A DNA stretch of 33,134 nt from a virus (Duplodnaviria > Caudoviricetes): positions 1 through 33,134 of the IMG/VR virus record IMGVR_UViG_3300017913_000956. One strand, given 5' to 3'. A program made the position numbers and the translations under genes. The notes below the pieces were generated by a model. It was not told where the DNA came from. It did no database searches and saw only the letters and a list, made by a program, of their open reading frames with translations. Positions within the stretch are counted from its first letter, which is position 1. Each line of letters opens with the position of its first letter. This document shows, in pieces, positions 1 to 8,087 of the stretch.

Positions 1-2
1 CA

Positions 3-206
3 ATCTTTGGTGGTTTGATTGCTGAAGAGGTACATGCTGCCGGACTTACAGAGTTCGTAGAATACAGTCAGGACGATAACGGTGATGACCAGCCAGAGTC
101 AATTTATTACGCTCATATGGTTTCACTTTGCATCAAATCCATACAGGAACTAAAGGCAAAACTTGATGCAGCAGAAGCCAGACTTACAGCACTGGAGAAC
201 GCATAA
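3..206 (+). CDS. C-terminal fragment of a tail fibre/spike with an intramolecular chaperone (peptidase S74-like) domain; truncated by window start
   Basis: Frame open from the window edge; GLIAEEV...Y...LCIKSIQELKAKLDAAEARLTALE is the typical S74 chaperone end followed by a coiled coil. Confidence 0.75.
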   Translation: MFGGLIAEEVHAAGLTEFVEYSQDDNGDDQPESIYYAHMVSLCIKSIQELKAKLDAAEARLTALENA

Positions 207-1219
207 TGACTAGGGCAAGAGACTTAGCAGACTTAGCTGGTGCGGCAGATGCTGGTACTGTGACAGGGGCTAACCTGATAATCAACGGTGATATGGCTGT
301 CTGGCAGAGGGCAACTGCGGCAACGACAGCAAGCAGTAGTGGTCTTTATGATACAGTTGACCGCATTAAGATATGGGATGAAACAGATGGTGCTTTTACT
401 AGCGAACGGTCAACAACAGTGCCTAGCGGTGAAGGTTTTGGTTATTCACTAAAATTAGCTGTAACAACCGCAGACACAAGCATAGCTGCAACGCAGTACG
501 CTGTGTTTGCACAAATTATAGAGGCGCAAAATTTACAGCATTTAAGTTATGGCACATCAGGTGCAAAAGCCTTAACACTTTCATTTTGGGTTCGTTCAAG
601 CAAAACTGGAACATATACTATTACCTTAGAAAAAAACGACAGCACACGTTATCGTTACATTAAAGAGTATAGCATAAGCACTTCTGACACTTGGGAAAAG
701 AAAACAATAACAATACAGCCAGACAGTCAAATTAAAGCATCTGGAGGGGCTATTGCCAACGATAATGGGCAAGGTTTCCGTTTGCTTTTTAACTTAGCTT
801 GGGGTTCTACCTATAGCGGTGCTACTGACGGTGTTTGGTCTAGCGGTTCAAATGATTATTCAACATCTAATCAAGTAAACTGGATGGACAGCGATAGCAA
901 TGATTTCTACATCACAGGCGTGAAGCTAGAGGTAGGCGACTCAGCTACGCCATTCCAGCACGAAAGCTATGCTGAAAATCTAGCTAAGTGCCAGAGGTAT
1001 TTTCAAACTTCAGTAGCAAACTCACATGCTGGTCTTTATACAGGCAGTACATATGTAGGTGACGTATTTTTTAAAGGCACTATGCGTGATGTTCCTACCC
1101 TGTCAAATTTAACTGGGAACTACGGTAATACTAGTGACATAAGGGCAGACAAATTCCATTTTGCTAGAAATAGTGCTGCTACATATTTAGACACATGGTC
1201 AGCGGATGCGGAGTTATAA
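206..1219 (+). CDS. Virion structural / tail-associated carbohydrate-binding-like protein
   Basis: MTRARDLA start, NLIINGDMxVWQR, TLSFWVRS, ITGVKLEVGxxATPF and LAKCQRYF motifs typical of marine phage tail proteins; TAATG overlap with upstream gene. Confidence 0.75.
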   Translation: MTRARDLADLAGAADAGTVTGANLIINGDMAVWQRATAATTASSSGLYDTVDRIKIWDETDGAFTSERSTTVPSGEGFGYSLKLAVTTADTSIAATQYAVFAQIIEAQNLQHLSYGTSGAKALTLSFWVRSSKTGTYTITLEKNDSTRYRYIKEYSISTSDTWEKKTITIQPDSQIKASGGAIANDNGQGFRLLFNLAWGSTYSGATDGVWSSGSNDYSTSNQVNWMDSDSNDFYITGVKLEVGDSATPFQHESYAENLAKCQRYFQTSVANSHAGLYTGSTYVGDVFFKGTMRDVPTLSNLTGNYGNTSDIRADKFHFARNSAATYLDTWSADAEL

Positions 1220-1221
1220 TC

Positions 1222-1398
1222 ATGGTAGTAACATCAGCACAATACGTTGTAAGTATTTTTGATAGCGCAGTTAATGACCACATAGAAGCTGTTATTGACG
1301 GTGAAACCTTGCAAGTACCAATCAACCCTAACAACCGCCACTATCAGGCCATTCTGGATTGGGTAGCTGACGGTAACACAATACAGGATGCAGACTGA
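1222..1398 (+). CDS. Small tail-fibre-associated protein (assembly chaperone-like)
   Basis: ATG 1222 after GGAG; VPxxPxNRHYQAILDWVADGNTI motif commonly found after tail fibre genes. Confidence 0.65.
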   Translation: MVVTSAQYVVSIFDSAVNDHIEAVIDGETLQVPINPNNRHYQAILDWVADGNTIQDAD

Positions 1399-1619
1399 TG
1401 GAAATGACAAACCTCATAGACATCCTGTTAGGGTTAGTGCTTGTCGGTGGCGGCTGGTGGGCTAAAGAGTGCCACGGTGAGATGAAGCGCATCCAGATAC
1501 TGCTAAACAAAACCAGAGAAGATTATGCTACGAAAATGGAACTGCGGGACGACATGAACCGCATGATGGAAGTAATCCGCAGAATTGAGGATAAGCTGGA
1601 CAGGCTTATTACAAAATAA
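1398..1619 (+). CDS. Small protein with N-terminal TM helix and coiled coil (holin/haemolysin-like)
   Basis: LIDILLGLVLVGGGWW TM segment, then RIEDKLDRL coiled coil; TGATG overlap. Confidence 0.6.
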   Translation: MEMTNLIDILLGLVLVGGGWWAKECHGEMKRIQILLNKTREDYATKMELRDDMNRMMEVIRRIEDKLDRLITK

Positions 1620-2059
1620 TGGAAGTCACCACATTATTGCTGACAGCCTCTGCCGCATTTCAGGCGGTAAAGAAGGGGATGGCGTATGCAAAGGATGTGG
1701 AAAGCATGGCTGGCGATATTGGCAGGTGGATGGATGCTGTAAACAATCTGGAAGATGAAGCCAAGAAGGAACGCAAGAAATACGGTTCGGTTGAGGCTGA
1801 AAGCTTAGAAGTCTGGGCGGCTATGAAGAAAGCCAAGGCGCAAGAAGAAGAACTGCGGCTGTATATCATAGCACATCACGGCATGGACGCATGGCAACAA
1901 ATCATTAGGTTGCAGGGCAAAATACGAAAACAAAGACAGCTAGAAGCTGAAAGAAAGCGCAAACAGCGTGAAGATATTATGCTGTGGGGCGCAGTCGTAA
2001 CCATTGTAATTGCTGTGTTTTTCTTCTTAGTAGCGTTACTTTCCAGAATATTCCCATAA
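1619..2059 (+). CDS. Conserved phage membrane protein (coiled coil plus C-terminal TM)
   Basis: 146 aa, TAATG coupling, hydrophobic C-terminus after a basic stretch. Confidence 0.65.
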   Translation: MEVTTLLLTASAAFQAVKKGMAYAKDVESMAGDIGRWMDAVNNLEDEAKKERKKYGSVEAESLEVWAAMKKAKAQEEELRLYIIAHHGMDAWQQIIRLQGKIRKQRQLEAERKRKQREDIMLWGAVVTIVIAVFFFLVALLSRIFP

Positions 2060-2074
2060 AAAAGTTAATTATTT

Positions 2075-2149
2075 GCTAAATAATACTTTACCCTTAGTAT
2101 AACTATGTGCTAACTTAGGGTGTAAGCTATTAACAAGGGAGATTTTATA
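2075..2149 (+). promoter_or_regulatory. Sigma70-like promoter and strong RBS for the methyltransferase cassette
   Basis: AT-rich gap; TTTACC (2087-2092), 18 nt, TGcTAACTT extended -10 (-10 at 2111-2116); leader ATTAACAAGGGAGATT. Confidence 0.5.
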
Positions 2150-2422
2150 ATGGCTAAATTTACTGAGGAAAACATGACTGTAATCGAAGAATTTAAAGAG
2201 GCGCTTCAGCACCCACGCTTCAGCTACACTCGTGCAAGAAACCCCTCTCACCCAAGCGGTGCGTGGCGAACTACAGATGATTTGTATGTTTATGTCTACG
2301 GCTTCGGAGATGACAGCTATAACCACGCCACTGCGTCATTGCCTTTTAAAGAGGCTTTGCCCATCCTAGAAGAACTTGGTATGCCTTTTCCGCTTTCACC
2401 AACAGAAGGGATATTAATATGA
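2150..2422 (+). CDS. Hypothetical protein, first gene of the MTase cassette
   Basis: 90 aa, AAGGGAG RBS, ATGA overlap with the MTase. Confidence 0.7.
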   Translation: MAKFTEENMTVIEEFKEALQHPRFSYTRARNPSHPSGAWRTTDDLYVYVYGFGDDSYNHATASLPFKEALPILEELGMPFPLSPTEGILI

Positions 2423-3303
2423 AACCTATAAACGTATTATCATTGTTTGACGGAATGTCTTGTGGGCGTATTGCGCTAGATAGGTGCGGCATACCAATCA
2501 AGAATTATTTCGCTTCAGAGATAAAAAAGTCAGCGATAACTGTGTCACAAAAAAATTGGACGGACATTACGCACATAGGTGATGTTAAGGATGTCATGTG
2601 GCCTGAAACTTTCGAGGGTGAAAAGATAGACTTGCTTATGGGCGGTTCGCCTTGCCAAGATTTCTCAATAGCAAGCACCTTTACTAATGATAGAAGCGGC
2701 CTTGAGGGTAATAAATCAAAGTTGTTTTATGAGTTCTTGAGGTTACTAAAAGAGTCGAATCCAAAGTATTTTTTGCTTGAAAACGTAAAAATGAACAAGG
2801 AGTCGAAAAGGCAACTTGATGAATATCTAGGTGTTGAGGGCATTCTCATAAATTCATCTCTTGTATCTTTTCAAAAACGTGCAAGATATTATTGGACTAA
2901 CATTCCTAACTTATCTTTGCCCGCAGATAGAGGTATTTTGTTTCACCAACACAGAAGCAGAGACAAGGATTACGAGAGAAAGTTTAAGGTCAACAGGACA
3001 AAATCTAGGGAAAAGATGTGGAACAACGGACAAGGCAGAAATAACATGGGTTCTTGTGCAAATGTTTCAGATGCAGATAAAGTGCATTGTTTGACGAGAA
3101 AGCAAGATAGATGCCCTAACTCTGGACTTGTTGAATTGGATGATTTCTGTAGGTATTTGACCAGAGAAGAACTTGAGATGGCGCAGACAGTACCTGTCGG
3201 GTATACAGATTGTTTGAGTTACAATCAAGCGCAAGATGTATTGGGTGATGGGTGGACTGTAGATGTTATTGCCCATATTTTGAACGGCATGAAAGGAGAT
3301 TAA
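2419..3303 (+). CDS. C5-cytosine DNA methyltransferase
   Basis: Motif I VLSLFDGMSCG, catalytic GGSPCQDFS, FLLENV, QxRxRYYW, C-terminal LGDGWTVDVI. Confidence 0.95.
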   Translation: MKPINVLSLFDGMSCGRIALDRCGIPIKNYFASEIKKSAITVSQKNWTDITHIGDVKDVMWPETFEGEKIDLLMGGSPCQDFSIASTFTNDRSGLEGNKSKLFYEFLRLLKESNPKYFLLENVKMNKESKRQLDEYLGVEGILINSSLVSFQKRARYYWTNIPNLSLPADRGILFHQHRSRDKDYERKFKVNRTKSREKMWNNGQGRNNMGSCANVSDADKVHCLTRKQDRCPNSGLVELDDFCRYLTREELEMAQTVPVGYTDCLSYNQAQDVLGDGWTVDVIAHILNGMKGD

Positions 3304-3304
3304 T

Positions 3305-3646
3305 ATGCCTAAGTGTCGCCTCAGATATGATGTGCGTTTTAGCAGGGGTGAGATTACATCCCTGCTAGAACAGCTAGCGGAACAGTTCCAGTACGATGAT
3401 TCGGCTGGGGTTGCGCCAGACAGGGTTCTCATGAGATGCTATGAGAAGATGCAGTATAGGCTACAACAGAATCAGGAGAGGGATTATGTGGTTCGTCAGT
3501 TACAAGCACAAAATAAAGCAACGCCCGAAAAAGAAGGATTGGGTGGTTCAAGTCTTGAAAGAACAGCGCATAATACAGGTATTGCAATTCGACACTTGCA
3601 ACAGCGCACTAAGTTGGGTAGAAAGAAGAGAGGCTTTTATGCGTAA
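3305..3646 (+). CDS. Hypothetical protein
   Basis: 113 aa with AAGGAG RBS directly after the MTase stop. Confidence 0.65.
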   Translation: MPKCRLRYDVRFSRGEITSLLEQLAEQFQYDDSAGVAPDRVLMRCYEKMQYRLQQNQERDYVVRQLQAQNKATPEKEGLGGSSLERTAHNTGIAIRHLQQRTKLGRKKRGFYA

Positions 3647-3653
3647 CGTGTAA
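3486..3653 (+). CDS. Possible overlapping small basic protein (MWFVSYKHK..., 55 aa)
   Basis: ATG 3486 preceded by AGGAGAGGG; different frame inside 3305-3646. Confidence 0.3.
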   Translation: MWFVSYKHKIKQRPKKKDWVVQVLKEQRIIQVLQFDTCNSALSWVERREAFMRNV

Positions 3654-3671
3654 GTTTCTAGTTTCCTCCCT

Positions 3672-3713
3672 GCCCCTGTCAGCATCCTCCCTTTGGCTGG
3701 CGGGGGCTTTTTT
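3672..3713 (+). terminator. Intrinsic terminator between the convergent MTase cassette and the lysis genes
   Basis: Stem GCCCCTGTCAGC / GCTGGCGGGGGC (G-U pairs on the + transcript) followed by TTTTTT. Confidence 0.8.
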
Positions 3714-4089
3714 ATTTGCGTAGCTTACTTAACCCTCTAAGGCCGAATGAAGCCGCTATAGAGGCATACATAGCCCATTGAAACCAATCAGGCGTTCTGG
3801 CCAATGCATCGAACCCACGTTCAACATACGGCTGTAGAGGGGGTATAAAGCACATAGCGATTATGGCTATGAACAGAATAGTCCATGCCTCGTCTTTCCA
3901 ACTGTCCTTGCTAGCCTCTGCCATAACCTTTTCCCAGCCAGCTTCATGGGTGGCGGCAACCTTCATTACCTCTGCCTCTGCTTCAGCCTTGGCAACAGCA
4001 ACCTTGTTTTTAGCAACTTGCTTTTCGGTTTTGCCCTTCAGCCAGCTACTAGCTAACTCACCCACAATCGGTATTAGTGCCTGTATCAT
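3712..4089 (-). CDS. Holin (3TM, GTA-holin-like)
   Basis: SWKDEAWT motif, hydrophobic helices, SFGLRG end; start MIQALIP at an ATGA overlap; downstream of lysozyme. Confidence 0.75.
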   Translation of the reverse strand: MIQALIPIVGELASSWLKGKTEKQVAKNKVAVAKAEAEAEVMKVAATHEAGWEKVMAEASKDSWKDEAWTILFIAIIAMCFIPPLQPYVERGFDALARTPDWFQWAMYASIAASFGLRGLSKLRK

Positions 4090-4277
4090 TTTTCTTTCCC
4101 TAACCATAAACCAAATGAACCTGTCAGTGCGCCCACAACAACCGACACAAAGCCTGACTGTTCTATGCTAGGGTCAGGCAGTGCCATGTACCACTCGACC
4201 ACCCTGAAGGCCATTACAATCATTGCTAAAAAAGCAAGGCGGGGAAGCACCCGCCAATCGTCTAAGACTGTTGCCAT
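4086..4277 (-). CDS. Small two-TM membrane protein of the lysis cassette
   Basis: LDDWRVLPR followed by two hydrophobic helices; lies between lysozyme and holin. Confidence 0.7.
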   Translation of the reverse strand: MATVLDDWRVLPRLAFLAMIVMAFRVVEWYMALPDPSIEQSGFVSVVVGALTGSFGLWLGKEK

Positions 4278-4687
4278 TTACCTGTCTCCATCTGCTTTGA
4301 TAATTCAGTAGCCCTACCCTTTACCTGTTTAGCCCAACGGCTATCTAGCATCTCACGGCTAGCGGTGAGGTAGTCGCCTTCTTCTAGTGCCTGTTTCATC
4401 TTCAAGAAGTTGTTGAACCTGGTCAGTCCAAGATTAAATAGCATGTTCACGATAACGGCCTTGCGAGGTTCGTTTAGTCCAGCAAACCAATCAAAGCCAC
4501 TTGCTTCCTTGGTGAAGCGGGATACATCGTTCATCAGCAGATACTGCGCTTCAGATTCGGTGATACCGCCCATACCCTTTTCTATAAGTCTACCGAACCC
4601 GATAGTGCTATAGCCGAGGTGGTCTTTGTACTCATGCGGTATGAACCCCTCGTGGCGCTTTAGTTGCTGAATAAATTTATCGTCCAT
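4262..4687 (-). CDS. Endolysin, GH24 (T4-type) lysozyme
   Basis: LKRHEG...YKDHLGYSTIGFG (E-x8-D-x5-T triad), NMLFNLG, EMLDSRWAKQVKGRA. Confidence 0.92.
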   Translation of the reverse strand: MDDKFIQQLKRHEGFIPHEYKDHLGYSTIGFGRLIEKGMGGITESEAQYLLMNDVSRFTKEASGFDWFAGLNEPRKAVIVNMLFNLGLTRFNNFLKMKQALEEGDYLTASREMLDSRWAKQVKGRATELSKQMETGKWQQS

Positions 4688-5132
4688 TATTTTTACTCAC
4701 AATCTCAACAGCCCTAGCCCAGCTATCGGCTTCTAAGTCTGGCGTTTCAAAAAATGTTACAGGCTTGTTTATTTTTTTAACCTTAATGTCATTGACAGGC
4801 AGGTAATAAACCGTGCGCTGTTCTGAACTTACCAAGGCCAGTATATCAAAATCTAATTTCGATGGTAATCGTTTAGTGCCGCCAATACCGATGTTAAAGC
4901 TTACACGGTTTCGCTTATCTTGCTGACGACTAGCTTGGCAAGCCTTCACTTGAACTCTGAGGCTTTGTCCTGTGTCTGGATGCCAGCAGATAATATCAAC
5001 TGCATCCTGTGCAGCTAGCGCCACTCTCCAACCTCTAGCGATAATCGAGGCGGCTGTAATATATTCACCAGCCAAACCCGATGAGGTCTGGCTGATGACG
5101 GTGTCTGCTATGAATTTAAGTTGCCTTGCCAC
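4677..5132 (-). CDS. PD-(D/E)XK family nuclease
   Basis: GLAGEY...VDII...RVQVK motif spacing; GTG start with GGGGAG RBS. Confidence 0.7.
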   Translation of the reverse strand: MARQLKFIADTVISQTSSGLAGEYITAASIIARGWRVALAAQDAVDIICWHPDTGQSLRVQVKACQASRQQDKRNRVSFNIGIGGTKRLPSKLDFDILALVSSEQRTVYYLPVNDIKVKKINKPVTFFETPDLEADSWARAVEIVSKNNGR

Positions 5133-5385
5133 TTATCTCCCCCGAACATGCCATGTAGCCAGCCCCATCAATATAGTTGTCCATGTGTTTTGGATTAGAC
5201 CTTATTCTAGCACATTTCAAGAGGTTCATCATCACACCTACATCTATGGCAGAAATATCTGCACCAATGTAGGCTGACCACAAGGCGGCAATGGTATGGA
5301 AGTTATCTTCCATCTCACCGTGGTCTGCCGCCCTATCCTTAGTTACATATTCACTAGCCGTAGCCAGTATCTCAGCACGTTTCAT
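5116..5385 (-). CDS. DUF6378-like protein
   Basis: DRxxDHG...NFxxIAxLWSAY...MxLLKxAR...DNYIDGAGY. Confidence 0.85.
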   Translation of the reverse strand: MKRAEILATASEYVTKDRAADHGEMEDNFHTIAALWSAYIGADISAIDVGVMMNLLKCARIRSNPKHMDNYIDGAGYMACSGEISGKAT

Positions 5386-5669
5386 CAGGCTACCAACCGC
5401 ATAACTTTATTAAGAGATACGTTGACTCTTGAACGGCCACGGCTTCTCTTTTTGATTTTGTTGTGGGCGTAATAGACAGTGGAGTGGTCACACTGAAATG
5501 CCCCGCCAACATGACTGAGTGACAGACCCAGCACCTCGACACAGACGTACATTGCGATGTGTCGTTCAGTTGCAAATCGTCTGCGTTTACTTTGGATTTC
5601 ACTGATTGATGCCCCTGTAGCTAATGCTGTAGCCTTAATCACCTCATCAATGCGCTTGTCATAGTGCAT
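5385..5669 (-). CDS. DnaA C-terminal (domain IV) HTH-like DNA-binding protein; alternative start at 5759
   Basis: EIQSKRR...RHIAMY...LSLSHVGGAFQCDHSTVYYAHNKI matches the DnaA domain IV signature. Confidence 0.8.
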   Translation of the reverse strand: MHYDKRIDEVIKATALATGASISEIQSKRRRFATERHIAMYVCVEVLGLSLSHVGGAFQCDHSTVYYAHNKIKKRSRGRSRVNVSLNKVMRLVA

Positions 5670-5874
5670 CGAATGGAAGGTTCTCACCTTCCTCTGGCTT
5701 AACCTTTTCGTAATAGCTTCTAAGGCAGTACGAATTACAGAAGTTTTCTCCGTTGCCATTGCATGTTCCCTCGAATTTCCAGTTGAAGTTTCTGCCGCAG
5801 TCAAAGCAAGTGTCAAACCTGTTTGGCGTGAAAGCCTTCGACTGCGACTTCTTTTTGCGGTTATACCACGCCAT
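5659..5874 (-). CDS. Small Zn-finger-like protein
   Basis: CFDC...FCNSYC; coupled to the SSB stop. Confidence 0.6.
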   Translation of the reverse strand: MAWYNRKKKSQSKAFTPNRFDTCFDCGRNFNWKFEGTCNGNGENFCNSYCLRSYYEKVKPEEGENLPFDAL

Positions 5875-6128
5875 TAGAACGGTATCTCATCATCCATGCT
5901 AGCTGGTTGTGCGGGTGCGCTAGACCCTTGCGGCTTCTCCACAAAGTCTGACAGCTTCAGGCTGATATACTTATTGCCTGATGATTGGGCTACGCTATCC
6001 CATGCAGAGATGCTGTATTTCTTGCCGTCAATCGTGACAGTGCCACGCATGTCTGGACGCTTTTCATTGTCACCCTTGTCGTTGGGAAACAAGCTACCAG
6101 TCATATCTTTTTGAACATACTCAGCCAT
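5874..6128 (-). CDS. ssb: Short single-stranded DNA-binding protein
   Basis: GSLFPN...RPDMRG...ISAW...YISLKL with acidic DDEIPF tail; follows the annealase. Confidence 0.8.
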   Translation of the reverse strand: MAEYVQKDMTGSLFPNDKGDNEKRPDMRGTVTIDGKKYSISAWDSVAQSSGNKYISLKLSDFVEKPQGSSAPAQPASMDDEIPF

Positions 6129-6813
6129 TTATTAACTCCTGTTTTCTAGCTGTGAATAATGCAACCTGTTGTTCTGTCAGATTGCCCTTTGACCTGTTGT
6201 AAAGCGACTTCAGTGCATCCAAGTCTGGACACATGGAAATCTCTTGTTCTAACGTGAGGCCGACTTTCTTAAACTCAGAGGGTTGTGAGGTAGACAACGC
6301 ACCTTGGACGGTTGTTTCAGATTTTATAGCAATTACCTCGCCATCTACCTCGCCTCTTTCTGCCTTGCTTCTGGAGTTGTCCAGTCCAGCAGAAACTGGT
6401 AAATCCTCACCGTGCCATAACTGCAAGCCAAGGCCACAAAACATTGCAACACACTTGGTCATGCAACGCTGTAGCGCATTGTCTACATCTTTGCTGGTGG
6501 GATTTTTAATTGGTTGATTTCTGAAATCAGTTATGGGGAATATCTCAGAAGTCTCGAAGCCTTCCCAGATGATTGAACACTGCACCCACGCATGACCCTG
6601 TGGGTCTTTCATATATGGTGCAATGGTTTCGTTTGATGTATCACACCTGTATGTGTGCTTGATAATCTTGCAAGTCGGGAATACCGTCTTAGCATAGTGA
6701 TAGGCTATTGACCACGGTAGGTAGTCAAAACCGTTCTTTTTCTGCACAAATTTTTCGATGGGCGCAGATTGCACAAAGTTATGCATCATTTTGTAAGGAC
6801 TTAAATTTTCCAT
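6121..6813 (-). CDS. Sak/Rad52-like ssDNA annealing protein (DUF1071-type)
   Basis: KKNGFDYLPWSxA, PITDFRN, ALQRCMTKCVAMFCGLGLQLWHGEDLP. Confidence 0.85.
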   Translation of the reverse strand: MENLSPYKMMHNFVQSAPIEKFVQKKNGFDYLPWSIAYHYAKTVFPTCKIIKHTYRCDTSNETIAPYMKDPQGHAWVQCSIIWEGFETSEIFPITDFRNQPIKNPTSKDVDNALQRCMTKCVAMFCGLGLQLWHGEDLPVSAGLDNSRSKAERGEVDGEVIAIKSETTVQGALSTSQPSEFKKVGLTLEQEISMCPDLDALKSLYNRSKGNLTEQQVALFTARKQELING

Positions 6814-7616
6814 AGATTTTTGGCCTCTTCTAGCGTTTCTTCATCCCAGTAAAAGCTAGTAAAGTCTGGTTCTACAAATCCCACTAGCACTGCTGGGTCA
6901 GTTGATATTTTCAATAGGTTCTGCCAACGCAATGCTTTCTGCCTTACCTCTTCAAGGTAGTAGGCTATCACATGCGGCTGTAATTCTTCGCAATTATCAG
7001 GCGTGAAGAGGACGGCATCATGGTCAGCTATGTAGGCAACCGTAGGAACTAAACCAGTCGCCTTATGATAAATAGCTATCTGACACATATGATTGTATTC
7101 TGGTTGGGCGGGAATGGAAGCCCTAGAATACCCTCTGCTACCGTCCTTCTTCACAGCCCCTCTGCGAATCGCTTTTGTTTTTATTTCGCAGAACGAACTA
7201 GAAGAACAGAGGTCTATGTACCCTATAATCGGTACATCAATACCATCAAGCAATACCTCGACCCTCTGTTCATCCTTACTTCCCCCGAATGCTTCGCCTA
7301 GTAGGTTTAGGCCATTCGTAATCATATCTGGAAGTATCTCTTTATACTTATCACGCTTATCTTCTGGTTCTGAAGGCGGTGCAGTATGAAAATCTAAGTC
7401 AGCAACAGCCTTAACAATAGCTGTGTCTACATCTTCACCCAAGCACAACACAGATTGGATTGCGTTATGACAAGCAGTGCCGACTGCTGCATTAAACCCA
7501 ACCTTGGTGTCTTTTCTGCGTTCTTTAAGATACAAATAGCTGAAAACCCGATTTGCTGTGGGCTGGTTCAACTGGCTTGCACTGAAGTGCGGCACTTGTT
7601 CTGAATAGTGTTGCAT
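6801..7616 (-). CDS. PD-(D/E)XK exonuclease (RecB/Cas4-like superfamily)
   Basis: HFSASQLN, GTACHNAIQ, IGYIDL...EIKT, QIAIY; paired with the annealase. Confidence 0.85.
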   Translation of the reverse strand: MQHYSEQVPHFSASQLNQPTANRVFSYLYLKERRKDTKVGFNAAVGTACHNAIQSVLCLGEDVDTAIVKAVADLDFHTAPPSEPEDKRDKYKEILPDMITNGLNLLGEAFGGSKDEQRVEVLLDGIDVPIIGYIDLCSSSSFCEIKTKAIRRGAVKKDGSRGYSRASIPAQPEYNHMCQIAIYHKATGLVPTVAYIADHDAVLFTPDNCEELQPHVIAYYLEEVRQKALRWQNLLKISTDPAVLVGFVEPDFTSFYWDEETLEEAKNLWKI

Positions 7617-7624
7617 AATTTTAC

Positions 7625-7699
7625 GCTAAATAAATACTTGATTGTTTCCTCGTATAATATTACTAATGGCTATAAGTGTATTAGTCAAACAAAAAAATG
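7625..7699. promoter_or_regulatory. Divergent, overlapping sigma70-like promoters at the main strand switch
   Basis: Plus: TTGATT (7638-43), 17 nt, TACTAA (7661-66). Minus: TTGACT (7688-83), 17 nt, TAGTAA (7665-60). AT-rich gap between divergent operons. Confidence 0.6.
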
Positions 7700-7708
7700 G
7701 AGAAAATT

Positions 7709-7909
7709 GTGAAGCTAGCAGAATACATGGTCAGCAAGGGTTTGCGACAATCGGACTTAGCTAGAGAATTAAAGGTGTCTCAGGTTACGGTTCATAATTG
7801 GGTAAATGGCAAGCGGCCACCAAGCGGTCAGCACATGATGGATATTTATGTGATGAGTAAGGGCAGAGTTAATCTAAAAGATTGGGCAGAGTTATTCGAT
7901 GTACAGTAA
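7709..7909 (+). CDS. Cro-like XRE helix-turn-helix regulator (alternative start 7697)
   Basis: LRQSDLARELKVSQVTVHNWVNGKRPP; GTG after GGAG; first rightward gene. Confidence 0.88.
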   Translation: MKLAEYMVSKGLRQSDLARELKVSQVTVHNWVNGKRPPSGQHMMDIYVMSKGRVNLKDWAELFDVQ

Positions 7910-8087
7910 ATTTTATGAACAGCAGAACGAACGCTATCGCAAAGAACAGGCGAAGAAGAATGCTGAAAAGTGGGCTGAGATGCTGGACGATAATGCGTTT
8001 GGCGATGAGGTTGTGGACGAACCCACATATGCTAGGGTTGATAGACGGCCAAGCATTGAGGCGGTGAAGGGAAGTAGCATTGACTAA
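7899..8087 (+). CDS. Hypothetical protein
   Basis: 62 aa ORF overlapping both neighbours in operon fashion. Confidence 0.6.
   Translation: MYSKFYEQQNERYRKEQAKKNAEKWAEMLDDNAFGDEVVDEPTYARVDRRPSIEAVKGSSID

Noticed and set aside
2419-5132. MTase plus PD-(D/E)XK nuclease as a type II restriction-modification pair
   Set aside because: Opposite strands, separate transcription units, separated by lysis genes; orphan MTases are common in phages
6801-7616. Cas4-like nuclease as a sign of CRISPR-Cas
   Set aside because: No repeat-spacer array or other cas genes; the Sak and SSB context indicates a recombination exonuclease
7640-7652. GAGGAAACAATC on the minus strand, matching the GAGGAAACAATG start context at 9910 and 10788, as a non-canonical ATC start for the exonuclease
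   Set aside because: The ATC is 26 nt from the ATG at 7616, so it is out of frame
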